Part shown: piece after piece, positions 1 through 13,522 of the stretch
Numbering within the stretch: position 1 is the stretch's first letter
How the letters are laid out: every line of letters starts with the position of its first letter
NCBI GenBank assembly: GCA_012026655.1
Contig: JAAILG010001456.1
Location: forward strand, 1 to 64,000
Source of the DNA: Hydrolagus affinis
Lineage: Eukaryota
Length of the DNA stretch: 64,000 bases
Reading direction: 5' to 3'
Position numbers and translations under genes: made by a program
Notes under the pieces: model-generated
Seen by the model: the letters and a program-made list of their open reading frames with translations, nothing else
Told to the model about the DNA's origin: nothing
Database searches by the model: none

Positions 1-208
1 ATTTATAAAGCCTAGTATCCCATATGCCTTCTTAACAGCCTTGTCTACCTGTTCTGCCACCTTCAACGAGTCACTAACACAAATCCCCAGGTCTCTCTGT
101 TCCTTCGCACCATTTAAAATCGTACTATCTAGCCTATATTGCCTCCCTTCATTTCTTCTCCCAAAATGCATTACCTCACACTTCTCTGCATTAAACTTCA
201 TCTGCCAT
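1..208 (-). mobile_element. CR1-clade LINE ORF2 (RT C-terminal) fragment, cut by the window edge
   Basis: The minus strand reads WQMKFNAEKCEVMHFGRRN...EQRDLGICVSDSLKVAEQVDKAVKKAYGILGFIN, with the typical CR1 W.M.FN..KC.V.H.G and E.DLG motifs. Confidence 0.85.
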
Positions 209-307
209 TGACTATATTTTGTGGACAAAACGTAGCAGGCAATTACACACAACAGTGTCTCATAAACAATCGTGGATTAAAATGACCAATTTATTATTTG
301 GATCACT

Positions 308-850
308 ACAACAACAACAAAATTACATTTATAGAGTACCTTTCACGTTGGGAGGACTTCGCTACGTGCTGAACAGTCAGGTTGGAACCCGAGTAAGGGC
401 GAGGGGCAGGGTAGGGAGGAGGGGAGGGAGGGAGGGAGAGAGTTGGGAGGAGAGGGAGAGATTTGGTAGAGCAGCAGAAGGCACGGTCAAAGAGGAGGGT
501 CTTGGGACCGACCTTGAAGGAGGCAAGGGAGGGAGCGAGGCGAAGGGACTGTGGGATGGAGCTCCAGAGTGTGGGGGCAGACAGGCGAAAGCCTGTCCAC
601 CGATGGTAGGGCGAGTTGGGCGGGGGACATGGAGCAGGCAGGAGCCCGCTAAACGGAAGCCGCGGGGAGGTTCATAGAGGGACAGCAGGTCAGAGAGATG
701 GATGGGGGGGGTGGGGGCAAGGCCATGAATGGCCTTGAAAGTGAGGACGAGGATCTTGAATTTGATTCTCTAGAGGATGAGGAGCCAAGAGAGCCGGGTG
801 AGGGTGGGAGTGATGTGGTCGTGGATCCTGGTGAGGGAGAGAATACAGAG
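308..850 (-). mobile_element. L2-clade LINE 3' fragment
   Basis: Closely similar to the L2 copy at 8626-9388; ends in the (TTG)n tail and the ...aaaggtactctataaatgtaatt terminus. Ends are approximate. Confidence 0.75.
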
Positions 851-1362
851 CTTTCCTTTGGAACACAGGGAGATCAATACTCCTCCCTGAACCCATAAAT
901 GTGTCTCCACTGCCACCCTACAATATAGTCTTTGATACAAAAAGCATTAACCTAAGATATCCACTAATAGGAGACGCCAGAAGGTTGCCTCTTTGCCTGC
1001 AGCAGGATTACAGAAGGATATTTTAAAATCTTACATGAAAAGGTATCTAACTCCACTCAAACTCTTTCAATACCAGCCTGCCCTAACTGGAGAACTCAGA
1101 CAGAATTGTGCACAAACTGGCAGATGATTACACATTCTGGTATGTCCTTCACTCCAGCCTTTGGATTCCATTTGAATTCTCACTAGACCTGATAAGCACA
1201 ATGTGTATAAGAACTACACACAGTCATTCATACATCTAAGCCCAAGTACCATTTTAGTTTACCGACTATGAAAAATAAAGGGTTAGTGTGATCACGAGCT
1301 TCATGTCTCAATGTTTTGCTATATTTATACAGCAAGTACATTACATCATTAAGTTACTTTAC

Positions 1363-1488
1363 CTTGACAAACAATGCAAGTCGGTTTTCTTTGAAAGCGT
1401 AGAAGCTGAAGAGATGGTGCTGGCCGCTCTTTGTGAGAGGTACAAGGTTACCAAAGCAGTCAGCGTAAATAGGCTTGCCTTCCAAAAC
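1363..1488 (-). CDS. ANK2: Ankyrin-2 coding exon, UPA domain (126 nt)
   Basis: AG/GT-bounded. Translates [42 protein letters not shown], near-identical to human ANK2. Its mirror copy would lie outside the window. Confidence 0.93.
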
Positions 1489-2770
1489 CTGTTGAGTCAT
1501 AAACAATTCATGATGGAAAACTGTACTTCTGATTTATCATTTTCCTTCTTTGATGTATTACTGTGCTAGAGCCACTGCAAAAAATCATAAAGCTCTACAT
1601 GACACCATTGCAAAAAAAAGTAATGCGATCAAGTACAATAGGATCTTAATATGAAACACTGCAGTGAACCTTCTCCTAATTTTCCCTAACATTACAATTT
1701 ATCCCCAAAATAATACATTTACTGAAAGCTCATTGAAGGGTATTCTGTCCTCATAGCTATGATTATTTTCTAATATTTGAACATTCATTTTCATAGTATC
1801 ACATGACACCACCAAAGTTGGTAAATTCACCAGTGAGATGGTATGCCTTTGAAAGTCTACTTTGACTTAAGGATACAGTCCAAAACAATTCTGTTCAGCA
1901 TTTTGTCCATCGTATTTAGTGAGCCATTAAAGGGATTTTCCATTATAGCATAATGCTGTATAGAATTTTTTCGCTGATGTTTCTTTTCAGTACAATATCT
2001 TCCAGCAGCAGAGAGGTTCAGCCCAGAAGACCTGATTTATATCTACCTATTTCCTATTGTTTTTGCTATGGGGCTGACCACAGCTCTGCTCTCTACAGCA
2101 AATCTCTTTAGTAGCATAATAAATGGTCCACTTAAACTGTTGAGAAACATATTTTTGAGCAAGGGCCGAATCGAGTTGCATTACTCTAATGGTCTCAGCA
2201 GCTGGATTTCAGAGTAAATCACTACAGTATATACAGCATACTGTGATCTTTGGTGGCAATTTGGCACAAGTTTTGCAGAAAACCATTATGAAAAGTATGT
2301 ACAGTTTTGCTATTAAAGACTCCATATGATTTTTATCCTCAGCTAATTTTTTCTTCTCAATTTTCTCTCTTTCTCTTCTCCTGAAGGCTTCTGCCTTCTT
2401 TTCTCTTCTATTGCCTTATAGTTCCCCTGGAACTTGCCATCTTTTGATGACGAATATTCTTATGTGAGCTTTAACAGTAAATCTTGGCAGACTGTTTGAC
2501 CCCAATAGCCATCACAGCAGTCCACGCAAATACGCTTTGCATTGGGTGTCTCTCTTCAGCAATTAGGAGGGTAACTGTGTCTATTTTGCCCCTTCATAAA
2601 TTGTGGAGTCTTAAGTCAAATGTAGTACCCCATCAATTGTAGTATCCCAGCTAGAGAATCAGTTTACTCAGTACTGACAATTGCTAACTGGTCCGTGCCA
2701 TTATTCACTTGGCCATGAGGACAGCAAGGATATCATATTTGCCAAACCCATTGAATATTCTTTCCATTAC

Positions 2771-2999
2771 CTCAACATCTCTGCTCCTCGCAACTTCTGT
2801 GAAGTTTTCCTGTTGTTCCAGTGTTTTGTCCACTTTGTCATCTGTCATACAGAAGCACCTCAAACGAGCCTCAATGGGATCAAGTGATTTGGCAAACACC
2901 ACAAATTTGGCCATGTATGGTACACAGATAATCTCTCTGTACACTTGTGTGGCAAAGTTAACAGATTCCTGGATCTGTCGGCAGTCTATGAGCCAGAAT
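2771..2999 (-). CDS. ANK2: Ankyrin-2 coding exon, end of ZU5-B/start of UPA (229 nt)
   Basis: [37 protein letters not shown]...EVARSRDVE; tttcag acceptor and gtaatg donor. Confidence 0.95.
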
Positions 3000-3755
3000 C
3001 TGAAAAAAAAAAGGTTTATTTTCTGAGCTGTGTACATTTTAATGCTCTCAATTTTTTTTAATGCATGAGACTGAACACATAATACTAAAGCACCTGAATT
3101 TTCTTGTTGATCACTTTGGTAAGAGCAACAAGTCTTCAAGACATTTGTCCTCTGGAATAGAACCTTATTGTTAATGCTCGGTTTGCGAAAATGCAATTCT
3201 GTCACCATGAGACTACAACAGAACATTGAAGTGAAAATTGTGCTAAATGATGTGATAATTTGCAATGTGATAACCCCTTTACAGTACATCATCCTGACGT
3301 GAAAATGCTATTCGAAATGCAAGGATTATTTTTTATAATAGTGATCAAACTTGTCCTGAACTATCAATATGTTTGGGAGTGAACATCCTACATCCATACA
3401 TATCACTGCCTTTTGAAAGGAACACAGTGAAGGCTAATCAGATTTGACTGATATTCTGTACAGCGGGAATGAAAGTGGTGGCTGCAAAGGTGGCAACACA
3501 CAGTAAACTCCACCAACTTCTGGTCAAACCATAATTATCATCAGTGATAATTATCACCATATATTTCACTCCAATCCCAAAGGAGTTATCCAAAGGGTTG
3601 TTGGTCAGGATCCTAGAAGATACGGATACCATCTGAATAAGCAGATGGGATCTTGGTTTAGCATCTCAGCTGATGGACAAGTGCAAGTTGCTTGCTCATG
3701 CTGTAACTTGTTAACAATTGCAAGCTTGAATGAATTTCTTCTTGAAAATCCTTAC

Positions 3756-3852
3756 CTGGCTGATACATTTGTTGTGAAAGAAACACATTCATTGACAAAT
3801 GATAAAGGTGTAGTTCCCGTTATATCTTCCCATTGGGCTGGGGTTGTTCCAC
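3756..3852 (-). CDS. ANK2: Ankyrin-2 coding exon, ZU5-B (97 nt)
   Basis: [33 protein letters not shown]; canonical splice sites with phases matching the neighbouring exons. Confidence 0.94.
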
Positions 3853-5086
3853 CTGGAAAGAAAAACAATACCTGAAATCACGACATTATTATTACAAATA
3901 CAACAGTAACTTGTATTCCTATACAATAAAGCCTCAATAATCCAAAAGCCGGCAACTCCCTAAACTGGCAAGATTTAAAAATACAACAGTGTTAGATTTT
4001 TTTTCGATGTCTGGCAAATTTGCCATTTTGTATTCAACAATTAGACTTAAAAAGCAGCATGGCTTAACTTTCTAATTAAATCATTTACACTCCTTGTCTT
4101 AGTTTTGTTTGGGATGTCCCCCTGATGTGAAAGGTACTTTATAAATATAAATTTGTACTGTGTATTTTATTGTGGTTTTCATTGCTGGTCCTTACAATAT
4201 CATGGCTGTGGTCTCGTATTGTCAATTTAGCTCTTGTGAGTTGTAGTTTCCTACCGTTGAAATTAGCAGATCGATTTCCCCAGAGTTTGGGCTTTTATTA
4301 ACCAGGCTTATCTGCTCTGGATATCATTTTATTTACAGACAGTACTTTAATTTCTATAAATCTATGTACTCTTACCATCCATTACGAATGATAAGGGTTT
4401 CCCATGTTACTGTTTAATTGTAATTGAAGATAAATCACACAATGTGAGTAGATTCCTCTTGATTACTGTCTTCATCAGAGGTAACTGATTGAGAGGCAGC
4501 ATTTGAGTTATAAGAGATTTGCTTCATGATGGTGATCAAGATTGACACATAACAATATCCTCAACCAGAAAGTAATGGCTACTTGTAACTCAAGTTAGAT
4601 TGCACATTTGGCAGTGAATCACTGTGCCTTTGACAGAGATTTATCATTAAATATTCAATATAAATGAGGTCTCGGGCAGTGTGAATTGTGCTGGTGAATG
4701 GTTCTGTTCTCGTTTCAAAGCTCTTGCGACTCTCCATTGCACAACCTGGCGACTTTCAACAAAGTTCATTTTACTACTCTAAAGAGGCAAATATGTGACC
4801 AACTCTTAGTAATGTTAAAAAAACCAAAAAGACAATTTTTGGGATCGCTTTTTGTCTTTGCAATCTGATCAGAAATAACATATAAGCAAGCTACATCAAT
4901 CCAGATTCCTGTAACACACGAGATTACCCATCTTAATTTCCTCAGACAGTAATTCCCATTTGTAAAGATAATGCGTTCTTGTTGGGAGTGTACATTTAAC
5001 TACGGTTGACTCAATTTTTCTTCAAGACCATGACCTTAGTGTGTATCTCTACTATTTAAAACCAAGTACTGTACCAAAAATCATAC

Positions 5087-5291
5087 CTGTTATACTACAA
5101 AGTAACCTGAGAGTTGGAGTATCTCCACCATAACCATTCATCAGTCCATCGGGAGAAGATTTGGGAATAGGAATCGTCATAGTAATAGGTTTATGGAACT
5201 TCCTTCTTCTGGGCTCCAAGGTGACAATTGGGCAGAAGGTTGCCTTGTTGCCCAGAATCTTCTTGACTAGTTCAATGTGCATAGGCTGGGC
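5087..5291 (-). CDS. ANK2: Ankyrin-2 coding exon, ZU5-B (205 nt)
   Basis: [41 protein letters not shown]...LRLLCSIT; aag acceptor and gtatga donor. Confidence 0.95.
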
Positions 5292-5459
5292 CTTGATATT
5301 AAAAACACAGCAGTAATGAATATGCAATAGTGTCTGCAAATTAAACTACATTATTAATATTCCCCATTCACATTTATGAATTATAAATCAAATAGAATGT
5401 GTGTTTAATAAGTTATACCAAACCTTATACATTTTTAAACTTTGAGAAGCTGCACTTAC

Positions 5460-5671
5460 CTGAAGTCCAACTCTAATCCTTTTGGTTAAGGCTCCTTCAG
5501 GGAATACAGCCTGAACCTGTGGTACTACAGTACTGCTCAGTATACCTCCTTCAGGTCCAATCAGGTTGCTGTCCTGTCTGATCCTGGACACCACTGCAAA
5601 GTACTGTGGAAAGTCTCTGGTGATGATGCGGCAAATACGCTTTCTATCAAGTTCTTCTGGACTGTCAAGCA
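5460..5671 (-). CDS. ANK2: Ankyrin-2 coding exon, ZU5-A/ZU5-B (212 nt)
   Basis: [30 protein letters not shown]...[12 protein letters not shown]; atag acceptor and gtaagt donor. Confidence 0.95.
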
Positions 5672-6327
5672 CTATAGCGGGAACAAAACAAGGCAATCCA
5701 AATGCTATTTCTGTTGAGGTGCAAGGCATGGACTCAATTTTACTACCTAATAGACAACTATTAGACCATGTCTTCTACTCCCCTCCTAACTCTTTCCCCT
5801 CTCCTACTCACCTTCTCCTGCCCACTATTCCGCCGCGCCCCCCTCCCCCCACCCCACTCAGGTCCCGACTTAACAGTTCAGAGCCTTGGGACGTCCTCTC
5901 GACGTGAAAGGCGCTCTATAAATGTAATTTTATTGTTGTTGTCTAATTCAAAAGCATAAATTTGCACTAATCATGGATATAAGAATTTAGACTTGATACA
6001 CAATATTTAATATTATTGGAAGACGTTTTCCTTGCAGCACAGATCCAACTTGTCAACCCATGGATCAGTGAGTGGAGCAACACAGGAGTGACACTGAAAA
6101 CCTTTACACTTGAGAAAACACTTGTTTTAAAATCCAAGTCTGTTGTAGCTTGGTAATATTCAGAGTGTTGTGTACTAGGCAACAGAATAGTCATATGATT
6201 TTTCAAAATACAAAATGCATCAAGTATGCTGGACCCATAACTGAGCAGCTATGATTCAAGATCATTCGATATATCCTTTGTTGATTCACAGCTTCATTAT
6301 TTGTGCCCATCTCCAAGCAGCAGTTAC

Positions 6328-6482
6328 CTTCGTCCATTCCATTCAATATTTCATTCAGTTCTTCCTCAGTGTATTCACACTGGTGCTCTTTCCAGATCTC
6401 TCCAGTCTCACTGCGTAGCACCACCAGCTCTCGTTCTTTCCCACGCACTGCAGCAAAATGTGGGATCTCCACAATCACTGGC
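6328..6482 (-). CDS. ANK2: Ankyrin-2 coding exon, ZU5-A (155 nt)
   Basis: [33 protein letters not shown]...[10 protein letters not shown]; canonical splice sites. Confidence 0.95.
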
Positions 6483-8625
6483 CTGTCACACCAGACATCA
6501 GAAAAGTGAGCAAGGGATTTGCAAAAAAAAATTCTGGAATGTCTCAATTCTACTCTCTACCATTTTTCATGCATAGTCTGTAACAAAGTGAGCTGGCGTT
6601 CATCGTTCAATATAATTAGATAGAAGTTATAGAACAGAAAATTTTGCCTTAGTGTTTAACTTTCATCTCAAATTATGTGGAATATGAAGGCTGTGATATC
6701 ACTGAAGCAGCATTTTTAAACTCAAAACTAGTTAAAAGAAATCGTGCGTTTGGCTTTCTTTTTACATGTTTTATTTTCTTCCCGTTCGCAACTCAATTCT
6801 AGGAAACCTCATTCCACTAGGTCCGAGAGTGGGACCTATTCACCATTCATCCTGATTCCTGCTAATGGTACTTCTTCGTCAGGCAGTTTATATTGAGATT
6901 AGAAAAAGCTTAATTCATTTTAGTTGTTGCATCTGATTGAGTAAGAGTTTTAGGTGACTGCGACCATTCAGCTATGATCATCCACCTAATGATCCCTAGA
7001 ACTTAAACAATTGGGAATCGAATGACAATTAGCAGAGTTAAATTGATTCACAACACATAAAACACTTAATCATCTGATATTTTATGCCACAAAAATAAAA
7101 TCAGAGTACTTATTAATTCAGTCAGTGTTTGCTTACATTATAAAAGTGTTAATAAGCACTTTCTGTTGTCATTGCACTAGAATCAGAAGCAACCCTGAAC
7201 CCTGGTAAACTGGCACTAATTTACAGTTTCCATAAATAAAAGAATACACTCGACAACACTAAAACTAATGAATAAATACAATAGGATTTCCCAGTTATTT
7301 CTTGATTAAGATGAGGAACAGAAACAAAATATGGATTGAGAAGGGAATTTTGTCTATGAAGGTTCCTCGTTCCACAAACTGTACAAATCCTATCCTATTA
7401 TGGACTTTAGACAATTCACTAAATATCCTGGGGAAAAGTTCTGCACGAATTCTCCATTTCCCTACGTTGATCAAGGTAAAATTCCAGAATTTCCATCAAT
7501 AACCATTGCCACAAATCCACTATTCAACCCTAAATCCTGCTGCTCCCGAACAAGCCTATAACTTCCAATGCCATACTTTGGCAGGTAATTAATTTTCCAG
7601 GTTTTTTAAATTTAAAAAGAGTTACGCATTGTAATGTTAATTGGCTTTGCTGGCTGTCTGTTTAATACATCCACTAACCTGTGGGCAAAAAGGTCCTTCT
7701 AATCTCTAGTTTTACTTGAATCTTATTCAATGTAAAACTATATTGTATAGTTCTATATTCACAGTGCAAATGATGCAGTCTGAGTTTGTTTACATTAACT
7801 ATGTAAGGTTTTAAAGATCCAGATCTTGTAATGTAATGAAGAACTATATCCTCCTTAACTAACATTTAAAATTTCTTTTAATTAGAACTGCCCTTGTGAT
7901 TTGTCCAAGTACTACAAGGTGTTTTTTTTTCCAAGTCACTATTTATATTGCAAAATACCTAGTGAAAATATTCTTCAGTAAAATCACTCTCCAGTTGATT
8001 TGGTACTGAAAGGTTCAGTTTGAAGCATGTGAGTCAAATCAGTCCTTCGCTATTCTGAGGTTCATAAAATCAATACCTTATCTGAACAAATGTTCCTCAC
8101 GAAGGGAGAGTAACATGAGGTTGAACTGACTACAAGGAGGAATGATTGACAAACCCAGGCAAATCTACATTAATCCAAGGCAAACTCAGAAGTGCAAATG
8201 TTTTCAACTCTGCAAGTTAAGGTGCTATGGTGATACATTAATTCCAAAATAAAATGTTACCTCTGTGTTTTCTGACTAGCATTTAGCACAATATCTCTTG
8301 GTGATGCTCTGCACAAATAATAACAATTCTGGATCACTAATTCAGTACTGAGGCTGAGCAGTCTGTTAATGTTCTTTCCAGTCTGTTTGTTGACTATAAA
8401 AACTACAGGGTTTGCAAGTTCAAATCAACAAAGAGTCCTGTGGACATGGGGTTTCACTGAAGGCTAAGTAGAAAGGCATCCGAACCTTGCAATTTCTCAC
8501 AAACTTATGGAAAATTGGTGAAACAGCATCAGATGTGGAATGATGTAAAAAGCAATGCCACAAAAGTTGAACGTGAAACAAAGTCAGAATCAAAAGTAGG
8601 AAAAGCATGAATCTATGAGACAAAT

Positions 8626-9388
8626 AACAACAACAAAATGGCATTTATAGAGCACCTTTACGTCGGGAGGACATCCTAAGGCACTGAACAGTTAGGTCAG
8701 ACCCAAGCGGGGGGGAGGGGGTGGGATGGAAGGGGCAAGGGGACAGAGAGTAGGAAAGGGGGGAGAGTTAGGAAGGCAGCAGAAGGCACGGTCGAAGAGG
8801 AAGGTCTTAAGACCGGCCTTGAAGGAGGAAAGAGAGGAAGCGAGGCGAAGGGATTGCGGGATGGAGTTCCAGAGTGTGGGGGCACAGAGTGGCTGAAAGC
8901 ACGGCCACCGATCGTAGGGCGGTTGGGAGGGCAATATGGAGCAAGCCAGAGCCGGCTGAACGGAGGGGGCGGGCAGGCTGATAGGGAGACAGCAGGTTGG
9001 AGAGATAGGTGGGGCCAAGGCCGTGAATGGCCTTGAAAGTGAGGACATGTTTTAATTCTTGAATTCGATCCTCTGGGGGATGGGGAGCCAGTGGAGACGG
9101 GCGAGGGTGGGAGTTATGTGGTCGCGGAGCCTAGTGCGGGAGAGTACACGAGCTGCAGAATTCTGAATAAGCTGCAGCTTGTGAAGGGAGGAGCTGGGAA
9201 GGCTGATAAGCAGAGAGTTCCCGTAGTTGAGCCTTGACATGATGAATGCATGAACAAATGTTTCGGCAGCAGGAGGGTGAGGCAATGGCGGAGTCTGGCA
9301 ATGTTGCGGAGGTGGTGGAAGGCAGTACAGGTCATGGTGCGGATTTGGGGGAGGAAGGACAGTTCAGTGTCAAACAAGACGCCCAGAT
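8626..9388 (-). mobile_element. L2-clade LINE, 5'-truncated and frameshifted RT C-terminus plus 3' tail
   Basis: Peptides AFHHLRNIARLR, ETFVHAFIMSRLNYGNSLL, LQLIQNSAARVL and DHITPTLARLHWLP are typical of L2 ORF2; (TTG)n tail. Confidence 0.9.
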
Positions 9389-10397
9389 TCCTTGGATGAG
9401 AAAGGAATTAATTAGGTAATTAGGTAAACATTTTTGTCCACCTAGTGCAATCAAGGTAGGTCCAAATTAATAAATGAATCGGGCAGCAAAATAGAGTAGC
9501 AAAATATATCAGAAGATAATGAACAGTAAAAGATAGTAAAGAAAATATCAACAAAAGTAATGTAAATTAGATTGAAAAAGACAATATTGATTGTATTATT
9601 ATTCATGCATGTATTTTGTTACTTTTCCTCCTTCACTCTTGATTCCTTCCCAAGTGTCTCATGTTAACTGCTAATGTATTGTGACTTCATGTTAAAATAA
9701 AATTAATGAAAAGACACCGAACAATTAAGATAGAAAAATTATATTACAGGACAGAAATAGACAAAGGGAAAACAGAGACAATAGTTGCACATTGTATATG
9801 AATAGGCAAGATACTGGTTTGGACTTAACCTTTGGGGTTTAAAAAGTTAAGTCATATTAAGTCCCAGGACTTAACTGTTTTAAATCCTAACAGAATCATG
9901 GCCTATAAGCAGGAAACAAGACATAAACTGTATCACATTTGAATTATATCGTTCACAACAGCACTTCAATCTCTTTCCAGTTCATTTTGTTACAGACTAC
10001 AGTTTAATACACTGTTTAACATGGAGAGGGGAAAAAACAAAATAAAGCGGAAACGGCTTGCAACAAACACATGAGGAATTAACAAAAGGAGGGCAAGGGA
10101 TAGAGAACTGGGGAGTAGGCTCCTTGCTGGGTTTAAATACACACATTCCCAACTATGGCAACGATCACGACACAAAGCCACATAACATCACAATGACAAG
10201 ATACATCTGGCAAATGTGCTCAAACGTGCCAACATTTAAATTATACATATACAATATTAAAAAAAACACAAGGGATAAAGTCAGGAAAAAAAGATCTTCT
10301 TAAACAAATTTTTAAAAAATATCGTGAAAGGTGCGGGGAATATAGCGAGGCTGCATCCAATAAATTCTTCTCTGAACATTTTGTTAATCTCTCCTAC

Positions 10398-10496
10398 CCA
10401 AGGAATTTGGTTCCTGAAGGCCCAAGCTGCAGGATTCGGCTAACCAAGCTTTCTCCCTCATTTAGAGGGGGAGGAGAGTTAGGAAGATGCAGCTTA
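10398..10496 (-). CDS. ANK2: Ankyrin-2 99-nt symmetric (alternative) ZU5 exon
   Basis: KLHLPNSPPPLNEGESLVSRILQLGPSGTKFLG matches human ANK2 KLHLPTAPPPLNEGESLVSRILQLGPPGTKFLG; phase 2-2. Confidence 0.9.
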
Positions 10497-11609
10497 CTGA
10501 GTACATCCAAGCAGCAATGGAAGAGAGAAGGTGAAGATATCAAACCACACTGGATTTTATTACAGAAAACATTCATTTGTTTTTCCTCCTTTATTTTACT
10601 ATTCAAGTATTTGAAGGTCTGGTCTTCCACTGGTAATATCAAAATGCAATCAGTACCTTCTCTGTTGTTTCCCTGGGATGATTTGCTTAATCAACTTTAA
10701 TATTTAGAATGCAAATACCACTGCAGTCAAGCCTTTCATTTCTGACAATAATTGCCAATGAATAATGTATTCAATTATTTGGTATTGTGTTTCAGGAGTG
10801 GACAAATTTATCTTTGAGAAATTGTTTTCATAAAAGTCAGCAAAACATGTTAACATATGCTTTAATACTCTCCTGATTTCCTTCCTTGTTCTCCACACTC
10901 TTTTGAGCCACTTGGTGAAGCCCTGGCTTCACTGTAGCAGATGTGGGTAGCTCAGTGATCACTATTGTGTCATTGAAGCTCAGCTCACAGAGACGTCTAC
11001 TGTCGACATCTTCAACAATTAACAAGTCCTTCTTACCTGCATAATTGAAGCCACTGAGCAGAGAAAAAGCTGATGGGCAGAATGTGGGGGAAGGAATGGC
11101 AGGATGGTATGAAGCACAACACACTTCTGCCACCATGTGTAGGATATTTCTAAACAAATACCAGGGCAGGTTATCTGGGCGTATACCTGCAGTTTCATTT
11201 TTATACAGGTTTTCAGGCATTACTGTTGCTGAACCTTTCATTACCAGCTGCACTACAGAAGATTTATTTCTGCTTTGGATTTATTCCACCTTATATTATA
11301 CCAACAAGATATTTCACAGGATTTGCCATAATTATTATTATTATAAAACTAATTGAATCGTTTACTTTATCATGTTGCGAAATCTTCGCTAAGAATTGAA
11401 CCCGCCTTCTCTCCCAGGTGAGTGAAGAGAAAGTAGAAGTATCCTTTTAATACACTTCATGTCCTGAGCATATATTGTAAGAAGAATGCAGTATTTTATA
11501 TTATTTATAAAGTACCACCATATCTAGTAGCAGAATGTTATAGTGCAGCCCTGATTGTGACACAGTAGTTTGCGGTCTACAAAGTCTCAATCCACTTGAT
11601 AACTAAGTA

Positions 11610-12588
11610 CTGGGACTCCTCAATTAACGTTGGGGATGTGTTCTTGAAAAGTGTGATTTTAAGTGAAACAATGTATAGCAAAACCTAAATTACCCTAGGT
11701 CCTAATGCTATCAATAGGGGTTACGTTCCTTCAGCACATTTCTGTATGGAATGGTTGTGAAGAGTGGGAGGGGGCGGAGTCATTCAGATAAAGGAGCGGG
11801 ATTACCTGCCTCTTGTAAGGATCCCCAGAGGGACCTCCCTCACGCTGCATCCCCAAACAACTGATCGCTGGCATGGGTTTGCACCTTCGTACATTTTTTC
11901 TAAAGTTGTCGAAATGTAGGAAGGCGCAAATGCGTGCCAGCGATCAGCTGTTTAGGGACGCCGGGTGACGGAGGCCCCTCTGGGGATATAATATAATAAT
12001 CCTTGCATTTGATATAGCGCTTTTCACATCTTATCGACGTCCCAAAGCGCTTCACAGGCTATACTGTAAAGTTAATTGACTTTATATATTTGTGGGCGAA
12101 TCGTGGCAGCCAATTGCGCACAGCAGTGTCCCACAAACAGTCGTGGATTGAAATGACCAATTTTATTATTGTGTTTTTTTTTGGACGGATTATTATTTGT
12201 CGTGTGGAGTAATGAAACTTGCCCATGGTTTCGCCCTGACCTGCCTGGATTCGAACACAGGCCTCCCCAGCTTTCAAGACAAGTGCTCTAACCACTGAGC
12301 CACAGGAGCTCCAGGGGATCCGTACAAGTGGCAAGTAATCCAACCCCTTCATCTGAATGACTCCGTCCCCTCCCACTGACCACATCAATCATCTCCAGTA
12401 AGTGTTTTCTTAATTGTATTTATTATCTTATTTATATATTTACTAAACAACTAATATAAAATGTAATCAGCTAATATTCCTTCAATTAATCCAATTTTCT
12501 AATTATTTTTTCTAACTATTTATTAATTCATCAACAACATATAATCGAAACAACATATATTGGGATGACGTATAGAGAGGAGTTTCAG
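11610..12588. mobile_element. Tc1/mariner (Tigger-like) non-autonomous element with a long internal hairpin, interrupted by a SINE
   Basis: TA on both flanks. Imperfect TIRs CTGGGACTCCTCAATTAACGT versus CTGAAACTCCTCTCTATACGT (reverse complement of the right end). Internal inverted arms about 11763-11895 versus 11911-11987 plus 12320-12377. Confidence 0.6.
11988..12313 (-). mobile_element. Full-length tRNA-derived Deu-domain SINE with an L2-like 3' tail and GGGGAT target-site duplication
   Basis: A box TGGCTCAGTGG, B box GTTCGAATCC, Deu-like core (tgtttgtgggacactgctgtgcgcaattggctgcc), tail aagcgctatatcaaatgcaaggattatt; GGGGAT at 11982-11987 and 12314-12319. Confidence 0.88.
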
Positions 12589-13297
12589 TACGGTCATCAG
12601 TCTGCATTCACTGGGCATATGCATAGAAAGCCGTCTGTTCAAAGCCCTAACTTACTTCTCACGCTAAAAAATGTCTGATTTCTGTCCTGATGACTGGAAG
12701 CCGGTCATTCTCTCGTGGATTTTTTGAGTGGTTTGAAACAAGTCAGCCACAAGTAAATGTCCACAAATAAATGTCAAGATCAATCACATATTCACATTTT
12801 AAGCAATCACAGATAAATGTACTCAATTGTACAAGTATTGTACAATGCAAATGTTATAATGAAGCACAGGGTTCTGCTGTGGGAATGAGTGAACTCATTA
12901 TGGAGATTAATATTAAACGATATCTCATTGAGGCTTCATTCCTTGCCAAATTTCACTGCCTATTACACAACATTTGCTGTACTTCCAATTTCATACATTT
13001 AAACCCATTGCTGCTGTGACTACATTGTACTGACAAACTGATTCTCACGGAAGGAACTTTTGTTTTGGAAAATGCTAAATTGCAGGCAAATGTCATCCAT
13101 ATTTCATCTGTTCTGAAACCGCACATTTTACACTCGCTGTTTCTTCCACTTTCTACAAAAATATGTTGTCAAACTGAAAATGTATTATCGACCTTTCAAA
13201 TCTAAGATCAGGTCATGATGAGTTTAGCATTACTGTTTGAATGACAGGCAAGAAAGCTGGGATTCAATTGCAATTATTTGCACATTTAAACACTTAC

Positions 13298-13522
13298 CCA
13301 AGGAACTGGGCACCGGATGGTCCTACTTCAATCAGTCTACTAGTGAGACCCTCTCCTTCCACCATGGGAGGCATTGTGGCCAGTCTATGACGTTTAACCA
13401 GGCGGCAGGTCACACGGGTTGGAGCCGTGCATTTCCGGGGTGGAATGATAATCCGAAGCCCATTGTGACGGCAGCCCCGCATGGATCCTCCACGAGCGTC
13501 CACCATAAAACTAACCAGGAAC
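13298..13522 (-). CDS. ANK2: Ankyrin-2 coding exon, start of ZU5-A spectrin-binding domain (225 nt)
   Basis: [47 protein letters not shown]...GPSGAQFLG. Confidence 0.96.

Noticed and set aside
10837-11253. 138-aa ORF and the many other 60-150 aa ORFs in the track
   Set aside because: They show no recognisable domains; they are chance intronic ORFs, antisense frames of exons or repeat-derived frames.
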